Assembly (NCBI GenBank): GCA_003577105.1
Contig: QEUQ01000009.1
Location: 1,326 to 65,325 of the forward strand
Length of the DNA: 64,000 nt
Source of the DNA: Acidobacteriota bacterium
Lineage (GTDB): Bacteria > Actinomycetota > Acidimicrobiia > ATN3
Direction: 5' to 3'
Numbering within the stretch: the stretch's first letter is position 1; each line of letters opens with the position of its first letter. The notes below the pieces were generated by a model, which had not been told where the DNA came from, did no database searches, and saw only the letters and a list, made by a program, of their open reading frames with translations. The translations under genes and the position numbers were made by a program. Below are positions 1 through 10,605 of the stretch, piece after piece.

Positions 1-1314
1 GACGATCCAAAAGCTAAGTTCAACATGGCTACTCAGGCCAAGCGGCAGCCGGGAAGCTCCTTCAAGCCAGTAGTGCTTGCGACGGCCCTGAGCAATGGCA
101 TCACAGGCGACAAGGTTTACCGCGGTGGCGCTCGAATCGCGATACCCATACCCGGAGGCGAAATCTGGGACGTGAAGAACTTTGACGAGCATGGGTACGG
201 CTCGATGGACGTCAGGACTGCGACAACCTTCAGCGTCAACGTTGTCTATGCGCAAATGATGCGGGAGCTTGGACCGACTAGAGTCGTTACAACAGCCCAC
301 AAGATGGGAATTCGCTCAGATATCCGGGCTGTCTACGCGGTCGGCCTTGGTAGTGAAGAGGTAACCCCTCTCGAGATGGCGTCGGCATTTCAGACCCTTG
401 CAAACGCCGGCAAACACATTGAGCCGTACGCGGTTACTCGCATTACCAACGCGAAGGGTGAAGTCATCTACGAGGTGGACTCAAAACCCGAACAAGCGCT
501 CGACCCAGCGGTTGCGGCAGAGGCCACGGACATCCTTCAAGATGTGATGAAGCAAGGAACCGGCGTTGACGCGAGGATTGGCCGGCCCGCTGCAGGTAAG
601 ACCGGGACCTCAGAGCACAATGCAGATGCGTGGTTTGTTGGATACACGCCGGACTTGGTCGCGTCCGTGTGGATTGGGTTTCCGGAGGGCAACGTTCCAA
701 TGGTGCCACCGCGCACGCGAGAAACAGTCCTTGGCGGCACATGGCCTGCCGCGATTTGGCAACAATTTATGGCCGAAAGCCTCGCAGATGTGCCTGTCTC
801 TGACTTCGAGGACGCGAGCGGTCCGCTCCCTCTCTCGGGAATCGAACCTCTGCCAGATTTCACAGGCAGGCCAGTCAGCGAAGCTGACGGATACCTGACA
901 GGACTTGGCTACAAAGTAGTCAAGAAGTACGAGTACAACAGCGACTGGCCACCGGACAGAATCATGAGACAGGACCCCCAGCCGGGAACACAGGTACGCC
1001 TCGGAGGAACCGTCACACTCTGGGTCACGTCTCTCGAAGGAAAGCCGGTTCAAGTTCCCAACCTATTGGGCCTGACCGCGAACGATGCAGCCACAGCTCT
1101 TGACCTCGCCGGATTCAAAGGCAAGAAGCGCACGCAGGCGGAGCCATCCGCCGCTGACGCTCGCCGCCACGGCGGGATGGTTTGGAAGCAGCAGCCGGCG
1201 GCCGACTCCTTGGCCACACCGGGAAGCACAATCGAGTACTGGGTCAATCCCGAAGCACCGCCAAATGCCGAACCGACCCATCAACCCGGTGGTTCGGAAA
1301 TCGACAGAAATTAG
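1..1314 (+). CDS. Penicillin-binding protein, C-terminal part (transpeptidase domain plus two PASTA domains). The 5' end lies upstream of the window.
   Basis: SxxK motif (SSFKP) at the very start of the window and a KTG motif (KTGTS). Two C-terminal PASTA-like repeats. The frame is open back to nt 1. Confidence 0.85.
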   Translation, partial: DDPKAKFNMATQAKRQPGSSFKPVVLATALSNGITGDKVYRGGARIAIPIPGGEIWDVKNFDEHGYGSMDVRTATTFSVNVVYAQMMRELGPTRVVTTAHKMGIRSDIRAVYAVGLGSEEVTPLEMASAFQTLANAGKHIEPYAVTRITNAKGEVIYEVDSKPEQALDPAVAAEATDILQDVMKQGTGVDARIGRPAAGKTGTSEHNADAWFVGYTPDLVASVWIGFPEGNVPMVPPRTRETVLGGTWPAAIWQQFMAESLADVPVSDFEDASGPLPLSGIEPLPDFTGRPVSEADGYLTGLGYKVVKKYEYNSDWPPDRIMRQDPQPGTQVRLGGTVTLWVTSLEGKPVQVPNLLGLTANDAATALDLAGFKGKKRTQAEPSAADARRHGGMVWKQQPAADSLATPGSTIEYWVNPEAPPNAEPTHQPGGSEIDRN

Positions 1315-1341
1315 GCCGTTCACCTACTGAACAGTCAACGC

Positions 1342-1965
1342 TTACCCGAAACTGCATCGCGGAGCCGGGCGAGATACAAAAGGATTGCCACTAACCGCGA
1401 AACGCCAATTCAGTTCCAAGCCCTCACGAATACCGACTCTTGGCCCGCACGAAATCATTGGCACCGAGCTGGAGCCATCGTCCCCAATTCCGATCACCTC
1501 TCCGCTTAGGAGCATTGCGTTTTCGTCGGTCGTGAGATCGAGCGCTTGGGCGAGCTTGGCGGGACCGGATGTCAAATCAAGCTCTCGATCGCGATTTCGC
1601 CGCTCTGCCATTGTGGTCTTGCCGCAAATTGGCTCCCCCGCCCTGATGAGAACAGCGGAGCACACGCCCGGCTCATCGGTGACCACGTTCAGGCAGTAGT
1701 GCATTCCATAGGTGAAATAGATGTATGTGCGGCCGGGCTCACCAAACATGACGGCATTGCGCTTTGTCATGCCCCGAAAACCATGGCTCCCGGGATCATC
1801 CGCGCCACCGTACGCCTCGGTTTCGACGATTTTCACGGCAGCAACAGCATCACCCGAGTGCCGCCAGAGGACCTTTCCAAGTAGATCTGGGGCAACAACC
1901 TCGGCCGGTCGACGAAAGAAACTCTCCGCTAAGGGGGTGGGAGGCCGCCAGCGATCATTGCGCAT
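1342..1965 (-). CDS. mpg: DNA-3-methyladenine (methylpurine) glycosylase, Mpg/AAG family
   Basis: ETEAYGGADDPGSHGF...YFTYGMHYCLNVV signature of MPG-family glycosylases. The start is uncertain; M15 was chosen so the gene abuts argH. Confidence 0.8.
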   Translation of the reverse strand: MRNDRWRPPTPLAESFFRRPAEVVAPDLLGKVLWRHSGDAVAAVKIVETEAYGGADDPGSHGFRGMTKRNAVMFGEPGRTYIYFTYGMHYCLNVVTDEPGVCSAVLIRAGEPICGKTTMAERRNRDRELDLTSGPAKLAQALDLTTDENAMLLSGEVIGIGDDGSSSVPMISCGPRVGIREGLELNWRFAVSGNPFVSRPAPRCSFG

Positions 1966-3367
1966 CTGAAGCCGGGGGACCTTGAGCCCAGCGATACATG
2001 TCGGCAATCGCCCCTTGCGCCTTGCTCATTTGGTTCTCAACAGCAGCAGGGGCCGTTCCGCCTGGCGTTACTCGTGCGGCCGCAACAGACGACGGCCTAA
2101 GCCGATTCTCATCAATCGACGAAAGCGCCGGGTGCAGTTCGGACAACTCGTCCCGGGTCACCGCCTCGAGACCGCGCTGCTCCTGTTCAAGCTTGAATAC
2201 GAGCTCTCCTACGAGGCGATGTGCTTCTCGAAATGGCACTCCAGCCATCACAAGCTCCTCAGCAAGATCTGTTGCGGCCGAGTAGCCAGCCGCCGCAGCC
2301 TGCTCCATTGGGGCGAAGTTGAACTCGAGGGTCGCCATCAGTCCGGTAAGGGCAATCGCACTCTCCTTGACGACCGAGATCGAGTCAAAGACGGGCTCCT
2401 TGTCTTCCTGGAGGTCTCGGTTGTATGCGAGCGGAAGCCCCTTGAGCACCACCAAGAGGTTCACCAAGTTCCCGACGACCCGCCCGGTTCTCCCGCGAAC
2501 GAGTTCGGCCACATCGGGGTTCTTCTTCTGCGGCATCATCGATGAGCCGGTCGACCACTCGTCAGACAGCGAGACGAAGTTGAATTCGTCAGTTGCCCAA
2601 ATGACGATTTCCTCTGCAAGGCGCGAGAGATGAACCTGAATCAGCGCCATTGCAAAGAGGTATTCAGCCACGAAGTCGCGGTCCGCCACAGCGTCCATGC
2701 TGTTATCGAATTGGCCCGACATCCCGAGTTCGGCCGCGGCGAACTCCGGGTCAATTGGAATCGAAGTTCCAGCCAGCGCTCCGGCTCCGAGCGGCGAGAT
2801 CTCGGCGCGGGATGTGGCATCCCGAAGGCGCCCGACGTCCCGGATCAAGGGCCACACGTGAGCAAGCAAATGGTGCGCGACAAGCACGGGTTGAGCCCTC
2901 TGAAGGTGGGTATAGCCGGGAAGGAGGCTCGACCCGGTCTCGGCCGCTCGATCAACGAGGGTCTCTCCGAGCCCAAGCACAGCAACGGCCAGCTCCCTTG
3001 CCTCCCTGAGCAGATAAAGCCGCAAGTCCAATGCAACTTGGTCATTCCTGCTGCGGCCAGCGTGGATCTTTCGACCAAGGTCGCCAACGATCTCCGTCAA
3101 GCGGCGCTCGATCGCCATATGGATATCTTCGTCGGCATCTAGGAAATCAAATTGCGACGTGGTGAACTCCTCGGCCACCTGCGTGAGCGCATCCCGAAGA
3201 CTGCTTGCCTCGTCTGGTGAGACAACTCCCGCCTTCTCTAAGGCCCCTACATGGGCCCTGCTTCCTTCGATGTCTACGCTCCAAAGCCGGCCATCGACAG
3301 CTACGGAGCGGCTGAAGCTCATCAATCCGTCGACGGGACCGCTGGCAAAGCGGCCCGACCAAGCCAT
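1955..3367 (-). CDS. argH: Argininosuccinate lyase
   Basis: Full-length lyase_1 family with ArgH motifs (GSSMMPQKKNPD). Start taken at MAWSGRF (ATG at 3365-3367). The longer ORF-track start is read-through into the argG 3' region. Confidence 0.93.
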   Translation of the reverse strand: MAWSGRFASGPVDGLMSFSRSVAVDGRLWSVDIEGSRAHVGALEKAGVVSPDEASSLRDALTQVAEEFTTSQFDFLDADEDIHMAIERRLTEIVGDLGRKIHAGRSRNDQVALDLRLYLLREARELAVAVLGLGETLVDRAAETGSSLLPGYTHLQRAQPVLVAHHLLAHVWPLIRDVGRLRDATSRAEISPLGAGALAGTSIPIDPEFAAAELGMSGQFDNSMDAVADRDFVAEYLFAMALIQVHLSRLAEEIVIWATDEFNFVSLSDEWSTGSSMMPQKKNPDVAELVRGRTGRVVGNLVNLLVVLKGLPLAYNRDLQEDKEPVFDSISVVKESAIALTGLMATLEFNFAPMEQAAAAGYSAATDLAEELVMAGVPFREAHRLVGELVFKLEQEQRGLEAVTRDELSELHPALSSIDENRLRPSSVAAARVTPGGTAPAAVENQMSKAQGAIADMYRWAQGPPASDAQ

Positions 3368-3413
3368 CGGTGACTCGTGGTCACTTGGGGCCTCCGCCTT
3401 CTTCGCGAATTCA

Positions 3414-4613
3414 TCATTCAATTGGGGACTTCCTCGCCCATGTCTCGATTCCCAGGCCGAATAGCCGAACGAAGCCTTCAGCGTCCTCATGGCGGAAGGT
3501 GTCCGAAGCCTCGTAAGTCGCGAGGTCAAGGTCGTACAAGGCTAGCGGCGAACGCCGTCCGATCACCTGACAGGTGCCAGGTGCGAATCTCAGACGCACT
3601 TCACCGCAGACCCGCTCCTGCGAACCTGCAATAAACGCGTCATAGGCTGACTTCAGCGGCGAAAACCAGAGACCGTCGTAGACCAGGTCGGCCCAGCGGG
3701 ACTCGATCACCCGCTTTTCGTGCAGCAGATCCCTTTCCAATGTCAGATCCTCAAGATCAGCGTGCGCGAGTATTAGTGCGAGCGCGCCCGGCGCCTCATA
3801 GATTTCCCGGCTTTTTATGCCGACTCTCCGGTTCTCGACCATGTCGATACGGCCAAAGCCAAATCGGCCGCCGACCTTGTCGAGATGCTCGATTGCGGAC
3901 TGGATATCGCAGATTTCGCCATCAATGGCCGAAGGCAATCCTTGATCGAATTCGACCACCACCTGTTCAGGCTCCTGCGCGGCTTCGAGCGGGTTCGATG
4001 TGATCTCGAAGGCGTCTTCGGGTGGTTCGTTCCACGGATCCTCGAGGACGCCGCACTCTGCGGTACGCCCAAGCAGATTCATGTCGATCGAATACGGACT
4101 CTTCTTCGTCGCCTTGACGGGTATTCCATGCTCGGCCGCATATTCCATCGCCTCGTCCCTGTTCATTCTGGACGTGCGGATTGGCGCGAGCACCTCAAGC
4201 TCCGGATCAAGTGCTCGAATTGACACTTCGAACCGGACTTGATCATTTCCCTTTCCCGTGCAGCCATGGGCGACTGCTGCCGCCCCGCGCTCACTTGCGA
4301 TTCTCACTAGGGCCCTCGCGATACAGGGCCTCGAGAGCGCTGAAATCAGTGGGTAACGCCGCTCATAAAGGGCATTAGCCGCCAAGGCGGGTGCCACGAA
4401 TTCCGACGCGAACTCGCTCTGGAGATCCGCTATGTAGGCCTCACTTGCACCAGCAGCGACGGCCCTCTCCCTCGCGGCATCGAGATCCTCGTCTTGCCCG
4501 ACGTCAGCAAGTACTGCGATGACCTCCCAATCACCTTCATTAGCTAGCTGGTGGAGCACGACGGAGGTGTCGAGCCCGCCCGAGTAGGCAAGTACGAGTT
4601 TCTTCCTAGTCAC
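3414..4613 (-). CDS. argG: Argininosuccinate synthase
   Basis: N-terminal AYSGGLDTS PP-loop and conserved ArgG core, about 400 aa. Confidence 0.95.
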   Translation of the reverse strand: MTRKKLVLAYSGGLDTSVVLHQLANEGDWEVIAVLADVGQDEDLDAARERAVAAGASEAYIADLQSEFASEFVAPALAANALYERRYPLISALSRPCIARALVRIASERGAAAVAHGCTGKGNDQVRFEVSIRALDPELEVLAPIRTSRMNRDEAMEYAAEHGIPVKATKKSPYSIDMNLLGRTAECGVLEDPWNEPPEDAFEITSNPLEAAQEPEQVVVEFDQGLPSAIDGEICDIQSAIEHLDKVGGRFGFGRIDMVENRRVGIKSREIYEAPGALALILAHADLEDLTLERDLLHEKRVIESRWADLVYDGLWFSPLKSAYDAFIAGSQERVCGEVRLRFAPGTCQVIGRRSPLALYDLDLATYEASDTFRHEDAEGFVRLFGLGIETWARKSPIE

Positions 4614-5076
4614 CGCTAACCCCCATTTCGCCCAAACTTCGAAGCACGTCCTTTACCTTCCTGCCCTTTCCGGGCCTTGAAACGACGAGAATGGTGTCAT
4701 CTCCGCCGACGGTACCCACAACCTCGCGCACCGCAATGTCGTCAATCGCGGAAGCCACGAATTGAGCGTGACCCGGAAGTGTCTTCACCACGACAAGGTC
4801 CCCTGATGCATCAACGCTCTGCAACGAACCGGCAAGGCGGCGCTTGAGCGCGTCAATCGAACGCCCGCCCTTCTGAATATCGGCCCCAAGCGAGTAGGCG
4901 GAACGACCACTCAAATTCCTCGTCTTGATTGCTCCAAGATCCGCTAGATCCCTGCTCACCGTAGCCTGAGTCACCTCAAATCCCTCGGAGGCGAGAGCCG
5001 CCATGAGTTCCCGCTGCGTACGCGGCTCATCCTCCTCAAGGAGCTGGCGCAAGATCCGCTGGCGCGCGACTTTCAC
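4606..5076 (-). CDS. argR: Arginine repressor
   Basis: Winged-helix N-domain and C-terminal oligomerisation domain with a GTVGGDDTILVV motif. Sits inside the arg operon as in mycobacteria. Confidence 0.9.
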   Translation of the reverse strand: MKVARQRILRQLLEEDEPRTQRELMAALASEGFEVTQATVSRDLADLGAIKTRNLSGRSAYSLGADIQKGGRSIDALKRRLAGSLQSVDASGDLVVVKTLPGHAQFVASAIDDIAVREVVGTVGGDDTILVVSRPGKGRKVKDVLRSLGEMGVSGD

Positions 5077-6017
5077 TTCGCTCCGCCCAAGAGAGCTGCA
5101 ATTAGTGCCTTCTGCGCGTGGAGGCGATTCTCTGCCTGATCGAATACGGCAGAGCTTGGGCCGTCTATGACCTCAGCATCAATCTCCTCGCCGCGATGCG
5201 CAGGCAAGCAATGCAATGCAATAGCCGACGGTGAAGCCGCTGACATCAACTCGCCTGAGACCCGATACGCTTCAAGAGCACCCCGTTTGAGTTGCAGAGA
5301 TGCCTCGTCACCCATCGAGACCCAAACGTCTGTGTAGATGGCGTCCACTCCGGCGGCCGCTTCAAACGGATCAGACATTTGCGCCACCGAGCCGCCTGAT
5401 TCCGATGCATATGACTTGGCGCGCTCTAATGCATCTTCTGGCACCTCGAAGCCAGGGGGCGAGGCAATCCTGAAGTCGAGACCGGTCATCGCGGACGCGA
5501 TCATCAGTGAGGTCGCTACGTTGTTCCCGTCACCGACGTACGCCACCGATTTCGCCTCGCGCTCCTGCAGAGTTTGGATGTCAGCGAGCGCCTGCATCGG
5601 GTGGGCGAGATCGCTGAGCGCGTTCATTACGGGGATGCGAGCAACTGATGCCATCTCGGCCAGCTGTTCATGGGAATTGACCCTGGCAATGATTGCGTCA
5701 ACATAGCGCTCGAGTACTCTCGCCGTGTCGGCGACTGGCTCGCCCCGCCCGAGCTGCGTCTGGCTGGCGGGAAGGATGATCGGCGCTCCGCCCATCGAGT
5801 TGATTCCCACCTCGAGACTCACTCTGGTTCTCGTGGAGTGCTTCTCGAATATCACTGCAACTTGCTTTCCGGCTAGTGCATCGGCGAGGAGGGCCGGTTC
5901 TGCCTTCACCCGGTGAGCCAATTCAAGAACCGAACCGAGTTCGGCGATTGAGAGATCATCGACTTCGAGAAAGCTCTTAGGCGATGCCGTTGCTGCCGTG
6001 CTATTCGGTGCGCTCAT
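5073..6017 (-). CDS. argF: Ornithine carbamoyltransferase
   Basis: STRTR carbamoyl-phosphate motif and HCLP ornithine-binding motif. Confidence 0.95.
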   Translation of the reverse strand: MSAPNSTAATASPKSFLEVDDLSIAELGSVLELAHRVKAEPALLADALAGKQVAVIFEKHSTRTRVSLEVGINSMGGAPIILPASQTQLGRGEPVADTARVLERYVDAIIARVNSHEQLAEMASVARIPVMNALSDLAHPMQALADIQTLQEREAKSVAYVGDGNNVATSLMIASAMTGLDFRIASPPGFEVPEDALERAKSYASESGGSVAQMSDPFEAAAGVDAIYTDVWVSMGDEASLQLKRGALEAYRVSGELMSAASPSAIALHCLPAHRGEEIDAEVIDGPSSAVFDQAENRLHAQKALIAALLGGAK

Positions 6018-7219
6018 GCGGCAGCCCCCCTAATTGACTTCTCGAACCTCTCGGCAGCGGCGTCTATTTCTGCGGTGCCGATAGTTAGCGGCGGCGCAAA
6101 TCTAACGGCCGTTGACGTAACGGCGTTAACGACCAAACCGTGGCCAAGTGCCGCTTCAACCACCTCAGCAGAGCTCTTCTCCAACTCCGCGGCGAGGAGC
6201 AGCCCTTCTCCTCTGACAGACTCAACACCGTCAATCGCCTCGAGCCGTTCCCGGAGTGCGGCGCCTGCTTGAGCGGCAGCCAGGTGAAGGTTCTCCGACT
6301 CCATCACGCCGAGTACCGCCAACGCAGCGGAGCTCGTTACCGGACCTCCACCCATTGTCGTGCCGTGTGTACCCGGACCCATCAGTTCAGCTAGGTCATC
6401 ACGCGCAACCGTGGCAGCAATCGGCAGGCCGTTCCCAAGCGCCTTGCCGAGCGTATAGATGTCAGGAGTGAACCCGTGCGCCTCGAATGCGAGCCAATTG
6501 CCAGTTCGGCAAAGGCCGGTTTGGACCTCATCTACGACCATCAGGGCGCCTCTGGAATCACACATCTCACGCACGCTCTTCAGGTATTCGGTGCCAACTG
6601 GAAGCACGCCTCCCTCACCCTGAATGACCTCTACGAAAACCGCGCACGCGCCATCGAGCGCCGACTCAAGTGCCTCCTCGTCACCTGATTCGACGTAGCG
6701 CATTTCGCCCAGCATCGGCTCGAAGCCCTCGTGCTTTTCAGGCTGCGCGGTCATGGCCAGCGTTCCCATGGTTCTGCCATGGAATGACTTCTTGAGACTT
6801 ACCACTGCAGTGGCGCCGTTCATGCTCAGGTTGCCGTACCGTCTCGCGAGCTTGAGCGCGCATTCATTTGCCTCGGCACCCGAATTCGAAAAGAACACTC
6901 TGCCCCACCCGGCAAGATCATGAATTCGCTTCGCGAGTTCGAACTGCGGAGCTGTATAGAAAATGTTCGAAACGTGTACCAGCTTCGCCATTTGCTCACA
7001 GACCGCTGCCGTCACTTCACCTCTGCAATGGCCGACGCTCACGACTGACAGGCCCGCAAGACAATCGAGGTATTCGTTGCCCGCGACATCCCAAAGGGTG
7101 CAGTTCTCGCCCCGAACGAATTCAACGGGGTACCGCCTGTACGTGGGAATGAGGAACTCGGAACTTGCCTTGCTGACAGCGTCACTGATCCGAGAAGGAT
7201 CGAAGGCCAGGTCGCTCAT
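6014..7219 (-). CDS. argD: Acetylornithine aminotransferase
   Basis: Class-III PLP aminotransferase with DEVQTG and a GKALGNG PLP-lysine region. Position in the arg operon supports the call. Confidence 0.93.
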   Translation of the reverse strand: MSDLAFDPSRISDAVSKASSEFLIPTYRRYPVEFVRGENCTLWDVAGNEYLDCLAGLSVVSVGHCRGEVTAAVCEQMAKLVHVSNIFYTAPQFELAKRIHDLAGWGRVFFSNSGAEANECALKLARRYGNLSMNGATAVVSLKKSFHGRTMGTLAMTAQPEKHEGFEPMLGEMRYVESGDEEALESALDGACAVFVEVIQGEGGVLPVGTEYLKSVREMCDSRGALMVVDEVQTGLCRTGNWLAFEAHGFTPDIYTLGKALGNGLPIAATVARDDLAELMGPGTHGTTMGGGPVTSSAALAVLGVMESENLHLAAAQAGAALRERLEAIDGVESVRGEGLLLAAELEKSSAEVVEAALGHGLVVNAVTSTAVRFAPPLTIGTAEIDAAAERFEKSIRGAAA

Positions 7220-8175
7220 GAGGCATCTCCTAGATTGCCGTTACTTGGGCCTCGCCTACCGTGGCCGGCGGCAGCCTCTCTAGCTTCGATCTCACTCAGC
7301 CCCCCAGTAGCCGTGACCATGGTCCCGATTCCTTCCGGGGTAAAGACCTCAAGGAGGAGCGCGTGTTCAATTCTCCCGTCGAGAATGTGAGCCCTATCGA
7401 CACCATTGCTCAGAGCGCGGTCACACGAAGCTATTTTCGGAAGCATCCCGGCCGAAAGCTTCCCCGAGTCCAGCATTTCCCGAAGCTCCGATGCGCCAAG
7501 TGCTGAGATCAGGGAGTCTTCGTCACCTAGGTCCTCATATAGGCCCTCTACGTCGGTGAGGTAGATGAGCTTTTCGGCCCCAAGGGACTCGGCGATGGCG
7601 CCTGCTGCAGCGTCGGCATTGACATTGTGAAGCTGTCCGTCATCGCAGCGCGCGACGGGTGCAACCACTGGAACGAAGCCATCCTCGATCAGGTTGTGCA
7701 GAATCCCTACTCTGACCTCGGCGACCTCGCCGACATAGCCGATATCTTGGCCGTCAGGGCCCGTCTTTCGCGTCGCCCTGATCAAGTTTGCGTCTTCGCC
7801 TGAGACTCCGCAGGCCAGATCTCCGTGCGTGTTGATTAGCCCGACAATGCTTGGATTTACCTGGCCCACGAGCACAGTCCGGACAATCTCGGCAGTCTCC
7901 AAGTCCGTGACCCTGTAGCCGTCGATGAACTCAGGCGCCTTGCCGGCCTCGGACATGGCCGCGCTGATCTGCGGTCCCCCGCCATGGACTACAACTGGAA
8001 AGATCCCCACGAGGCGCATCAGCGCGACATCTTGCGCGAAGCTTTCCCTCAGGCCGGGCTCGGTCATTGCATGCCCGCCGTACTTGATCACTACGATCTT
8101 GCCCGAATACGCCTTGATATAAGGCAGGGCCTCAGCAAGAGTCGAAGCCTTGCGCCGTGTTTCGACAAGGCTCAT
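7216..8175 (-). CDS. argB: Acetylglutamate kinase
   Basis: Amino-acid kinase fold with IVVIKYGGHAM. ATGA overlap with the argJ stop. Confidence 0.93.
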   Translation of the reverse strand: MSLVETRRKASTLAEALPYIKAYSGKIVVIKYGGHAMTEPGLRESFAQDVALMRLVGIFPVVVHGGGPQISAAMSEAGKAPEFIDGYRVTDLETAEIVRTVLVGQVNPSIVGLINTHGDLACGVSGEDANLIRATRKTGPDGQDIGYVGEVAEVRVGILHNLIEDGFVPVVAPVARCDDGQLHNVNADAAAGAIAESLGAEKLIYLTDVEGLYEDLGDEDSLISALGASELREMLDSGKLSAGMLPKIASCDRALSNGVDRAHILDGRIEHALLLEVFTPEGIGTMVTATGGLSEIEAREAAAGHGRRGPSNGNLGDAS

Positions 8176-9458
8176 CAGGACGTTCCCCGGTTTTCCTCGA
8201 TGTATCCAGGGCCGAGGTCGCAGGAGAACATCACGGAGGATCCGTCTCCGAGTCCGAGGTCGCAGACAATTTCCACTATCGGCTTGGCCATGTGCTCACG
8301 CACCAGATCTTCGTCATGCGGGATCGCTACGCCCTTTGCCGCGACTGCGGTGCCTCCGTAGCTGATCGAAACCAACTCTGGGCGAACTTCGTCTGCCCCA
8401 GATGCGCCGATCTCAGACGCGATCCGTCCCCAATACGGGTCGGCACCGTGCAGCGAACACCGAACGAGCACGGAGGACGCGATTGCGCGGGCGACCGCAA
8501 GTGCGTCGCTGGCCGACGCGGCACCGTTCACCGCGATCCGGGCAACTTTCGTGGCCCCCTCCCCGTCACAAACCATCTTCAGCGCTAGCTGCGCGCACAC
8601 TTCGGAGATGGCGTCACCGACTTCTAAAAAGCCCGGAGCGCCAGGAGTATCGATTGTCTGATTTCCTGCGGTACCCGTCGCGAGGGCGACCACCGTGTCG
8701 TTCGTCGACTGGCATGCATCTACCGAGATCCGATTGAAGGTGGAGGCAACTGCGGAACGGAGGGCAACTTGCAGTACATCAGCCTCGATGGACGCGTCCG
8801 TTGTGATGAACCCCAACATCGTTGCCATTGATGGGGCCAGCATTGCCGCGCCCTTGGCCATGCCGGAGACGGTGACCTCTTTGCCTCCAACTGAGGTCTT
8901 GACGGCGGCCTCCTTGGGAACGGTATCCGTTGTCATGATCGCTCGCGCCGCTGCGTGCCCGCACTGGCTGTCTGTACCGAGTGTCGCCCCGGATATGCCC
9001 GAAGTCACCGCGGCAATTGGAAGGTAGAACCCGATTAGCCCGGTAGATGCAACAAGAACCTGGCTGGGTGCACAGGCAAACAGATCTGCCGCCGCAGCCG
9101 TCATCGCAATCGAATCCTCGACGCCCCGCTCGCCTGTGCACGCATTGGCGCATCCAGAGTTGGCAGCAATACCCCTTGCCTTGCCGTCGGCCAGATGATC
9201 GATGCTGACAAGCACCGGCGCTGCCTTCGCCCTGTTCGACGTAAAGACGCCAGCTGAATTGCAGACGACTCCTGCATCTACCAACGCGAGATCCAATGCA
9301 CCTTCCGCCTTTACCCCGGCATGAGTGCCCGCTGCGGCGATTCCAGGAGTCGAACAGATCGACGCATCATCGAGAATCTCCAGCTCCCCTGTGGCAATCC
9401 CGAATTCCTTGGCAGCCCCGGTAGCGGCCACGTGTCCTATCCAGTTCTTCATGGCCAC
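8175..9458 (-). CDS. argJ: Bifunctional glutamate N-acetyltransferase / amino-acid acetyltransferase
   Basis: ArgJ autoproteolytic ATMLGF(I)TTDA site. Confidence 0.93.
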   Translation of the reverse strand: MAMKNWIGHVAATGAAKEFGIATGELEILDDASICSTPGIAAAGTHAGVKAEGALDLALVDAGVVCNSAGVFTSNRAKAAPVLVSIDHLADGKARGIAANSGCANACTGERGVEDSIAMTAAAADLFACAPSQVLVASTGLIGFYLPIAAVTSGISGATLGTDSQCGHAAARAIMTTDTVPKEAAVKTSVGGKEVTVSGMAKGAAMLAPSMATMLGFITTDASIEADVLQVALRSAVASTFNRISVDACQSTNDTVVALATGTAGNQTIDTPGAPGFLEVGDAISEVCAQLALKMVCDGEGATKVARIAVNGAASASDALAVARAIASSVLVRCSLHGADPYWGRIASEIGASGADEVRPELVSISYGGTAVAAKGVAIPHDEDLVREHMAKPIVEIVCDLGLGDGSSVMFSCDLGPGYIEENRGTS

Positions 9459-10498
9459 AGCCCCAATCTCGGAAGTCCGGCAGTCTCATCGATACCTGCC
9501 ATCAAGTTCGCGTTCTGAATCGCTTGACCGGCCGCCCCCTTCACGAGATTGTCAATCGCGCAAATTACAATCCCTGATCCGGTCCGCTCGTCGATACTTG
9601 AAGCCACAAGCGCGGAATTGCTCCCCGTCAATGCCTTCGAACTCGGAGCAAAATCAACGTAGTGAACAAAATCTGATTGCGAATAGGCAGACCGAAATGA
9701 ACGATCCATATCCATTTGGGTCACGCCTGGAGCCAGCCTGACCATGATCGTGTCCATGAGCCCGCGCGCCATTGGCACCAAATGCGGAACAAACGTGATC
9801 TTGCCCGACACAGGACGCGCCCCATCGCCGCCGAACGCTGCTAGCTGATCTTCCATTTCAGGCAGGTGTCTGTGGCCTTCAATGGCATAAGCACTTACAT
9901 TGGAGTAGGCCTCAGCAAAGGCATGGCTCCTGTCACCCGACCGGCCGGCTCCGGACAATCCGGACTTTCCATCGATGAAGACTGGGCCTTCCCCGAGTAG
10001 TCCATCTTGAGCTAGCGGCAACAGCCCGAGGAGTGCAGCTGTCGGATAGCACCCCGGATTCGCGACCCTTGTTGCAGTGCTGATCGCATCCCGATTCCAC
10101 TCCGTCAGACCATAGACCCACGAGGGCAACTGATCGGGAGTCGGATGTTCCTCTCCATACCAATCCATGTAAGTCGCTGGAACTTTGTGGCGAAAGTCCG
10201 CCCCGAGGTCGACTATCCATTTCGGCGGGGAGTCCGATTCGCTAAGAATCCTGGCCGCTTCGCCCGACGGAAGAGCGAAAAATAGCAGCTCCAAGTCGTC
10301 AGGAATTCCAGCAGCTACATCGCTCAGTACGTGCTCCTCTAGAGCGAATAGGCCAGGCGCTTGCCGGCCCACTGAATCCCCCGCGCTCGATGACGCTCCA
10401 AGCCAGGCGATTTCGAACTCGGGATGAGCTTCAAGAAGTCGCAACAACTCCGCGCCGGTATAGCCCGAAGCCCCGGCAATGCCAGTCCGAATTCCCAT
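9449..10498 (-). CDS. argC: N-acetyl-gamma-glutamyl-phosphate reductase
   Basis: Semialdehyde dehydrogenase fold with GASGYTGAELLRLL NAD-binding start. First gene of the arg operon. Confidence 0.93.
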   Translation of the reverse strand: MGIRTGIAGASGYTGAELLRLLEAHPEFEIAWLGASSSAGDSVGRQAPGLFALEEHVLSDVAAGIPDDLELLFFALPSGEAARILSESDSPPKWIVDLGADFRHKVPATYMDWYGEEHPTPDQLPSWVYGLTEWNRDAISTATRVANPGCYPTAALLGLLPLAQDGLLGEGPVFIDGKSGLSGAGRSGDRSHAFAEAYSNVSAYAIEGHRHLPEMEDQLAAFGGDGARPVSGKITFVPHLVPMARGLMDTIMVRLAPGVTQMDMDRSFRSAYSQSDFVHYVDFAPSSKALTGSNSALVASSIDERTGSGIVICAIDNLVKGAAGQAIQNANLMAGIDETAGLPRLGLWP

Positions 10499-10565
10499 GA
10501 GCCATCACCCTGCACTACTGGTGCTGCGCTCTGGCTAGACGGCAGCACCCCTCCAATGCGTCACG

Positions 10566-10600
10566 ATGCATGATATACATATTGCTGCATACTTATGCAA
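10566..10600 (-). promoter_or_regulatory. Putative tandem ARG boxes (ArgR operator) in the argC promoter region
   Basis: Palindrome TGCATActTATGCA at 10586-10599. An adjacent TGCAT-containing half-palindromic element sits at 10567-10582. Both lie in the 107-bp gap upstream of argC. Confidence 0.55.
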
Positions 10601-10605
10601 GCGCA

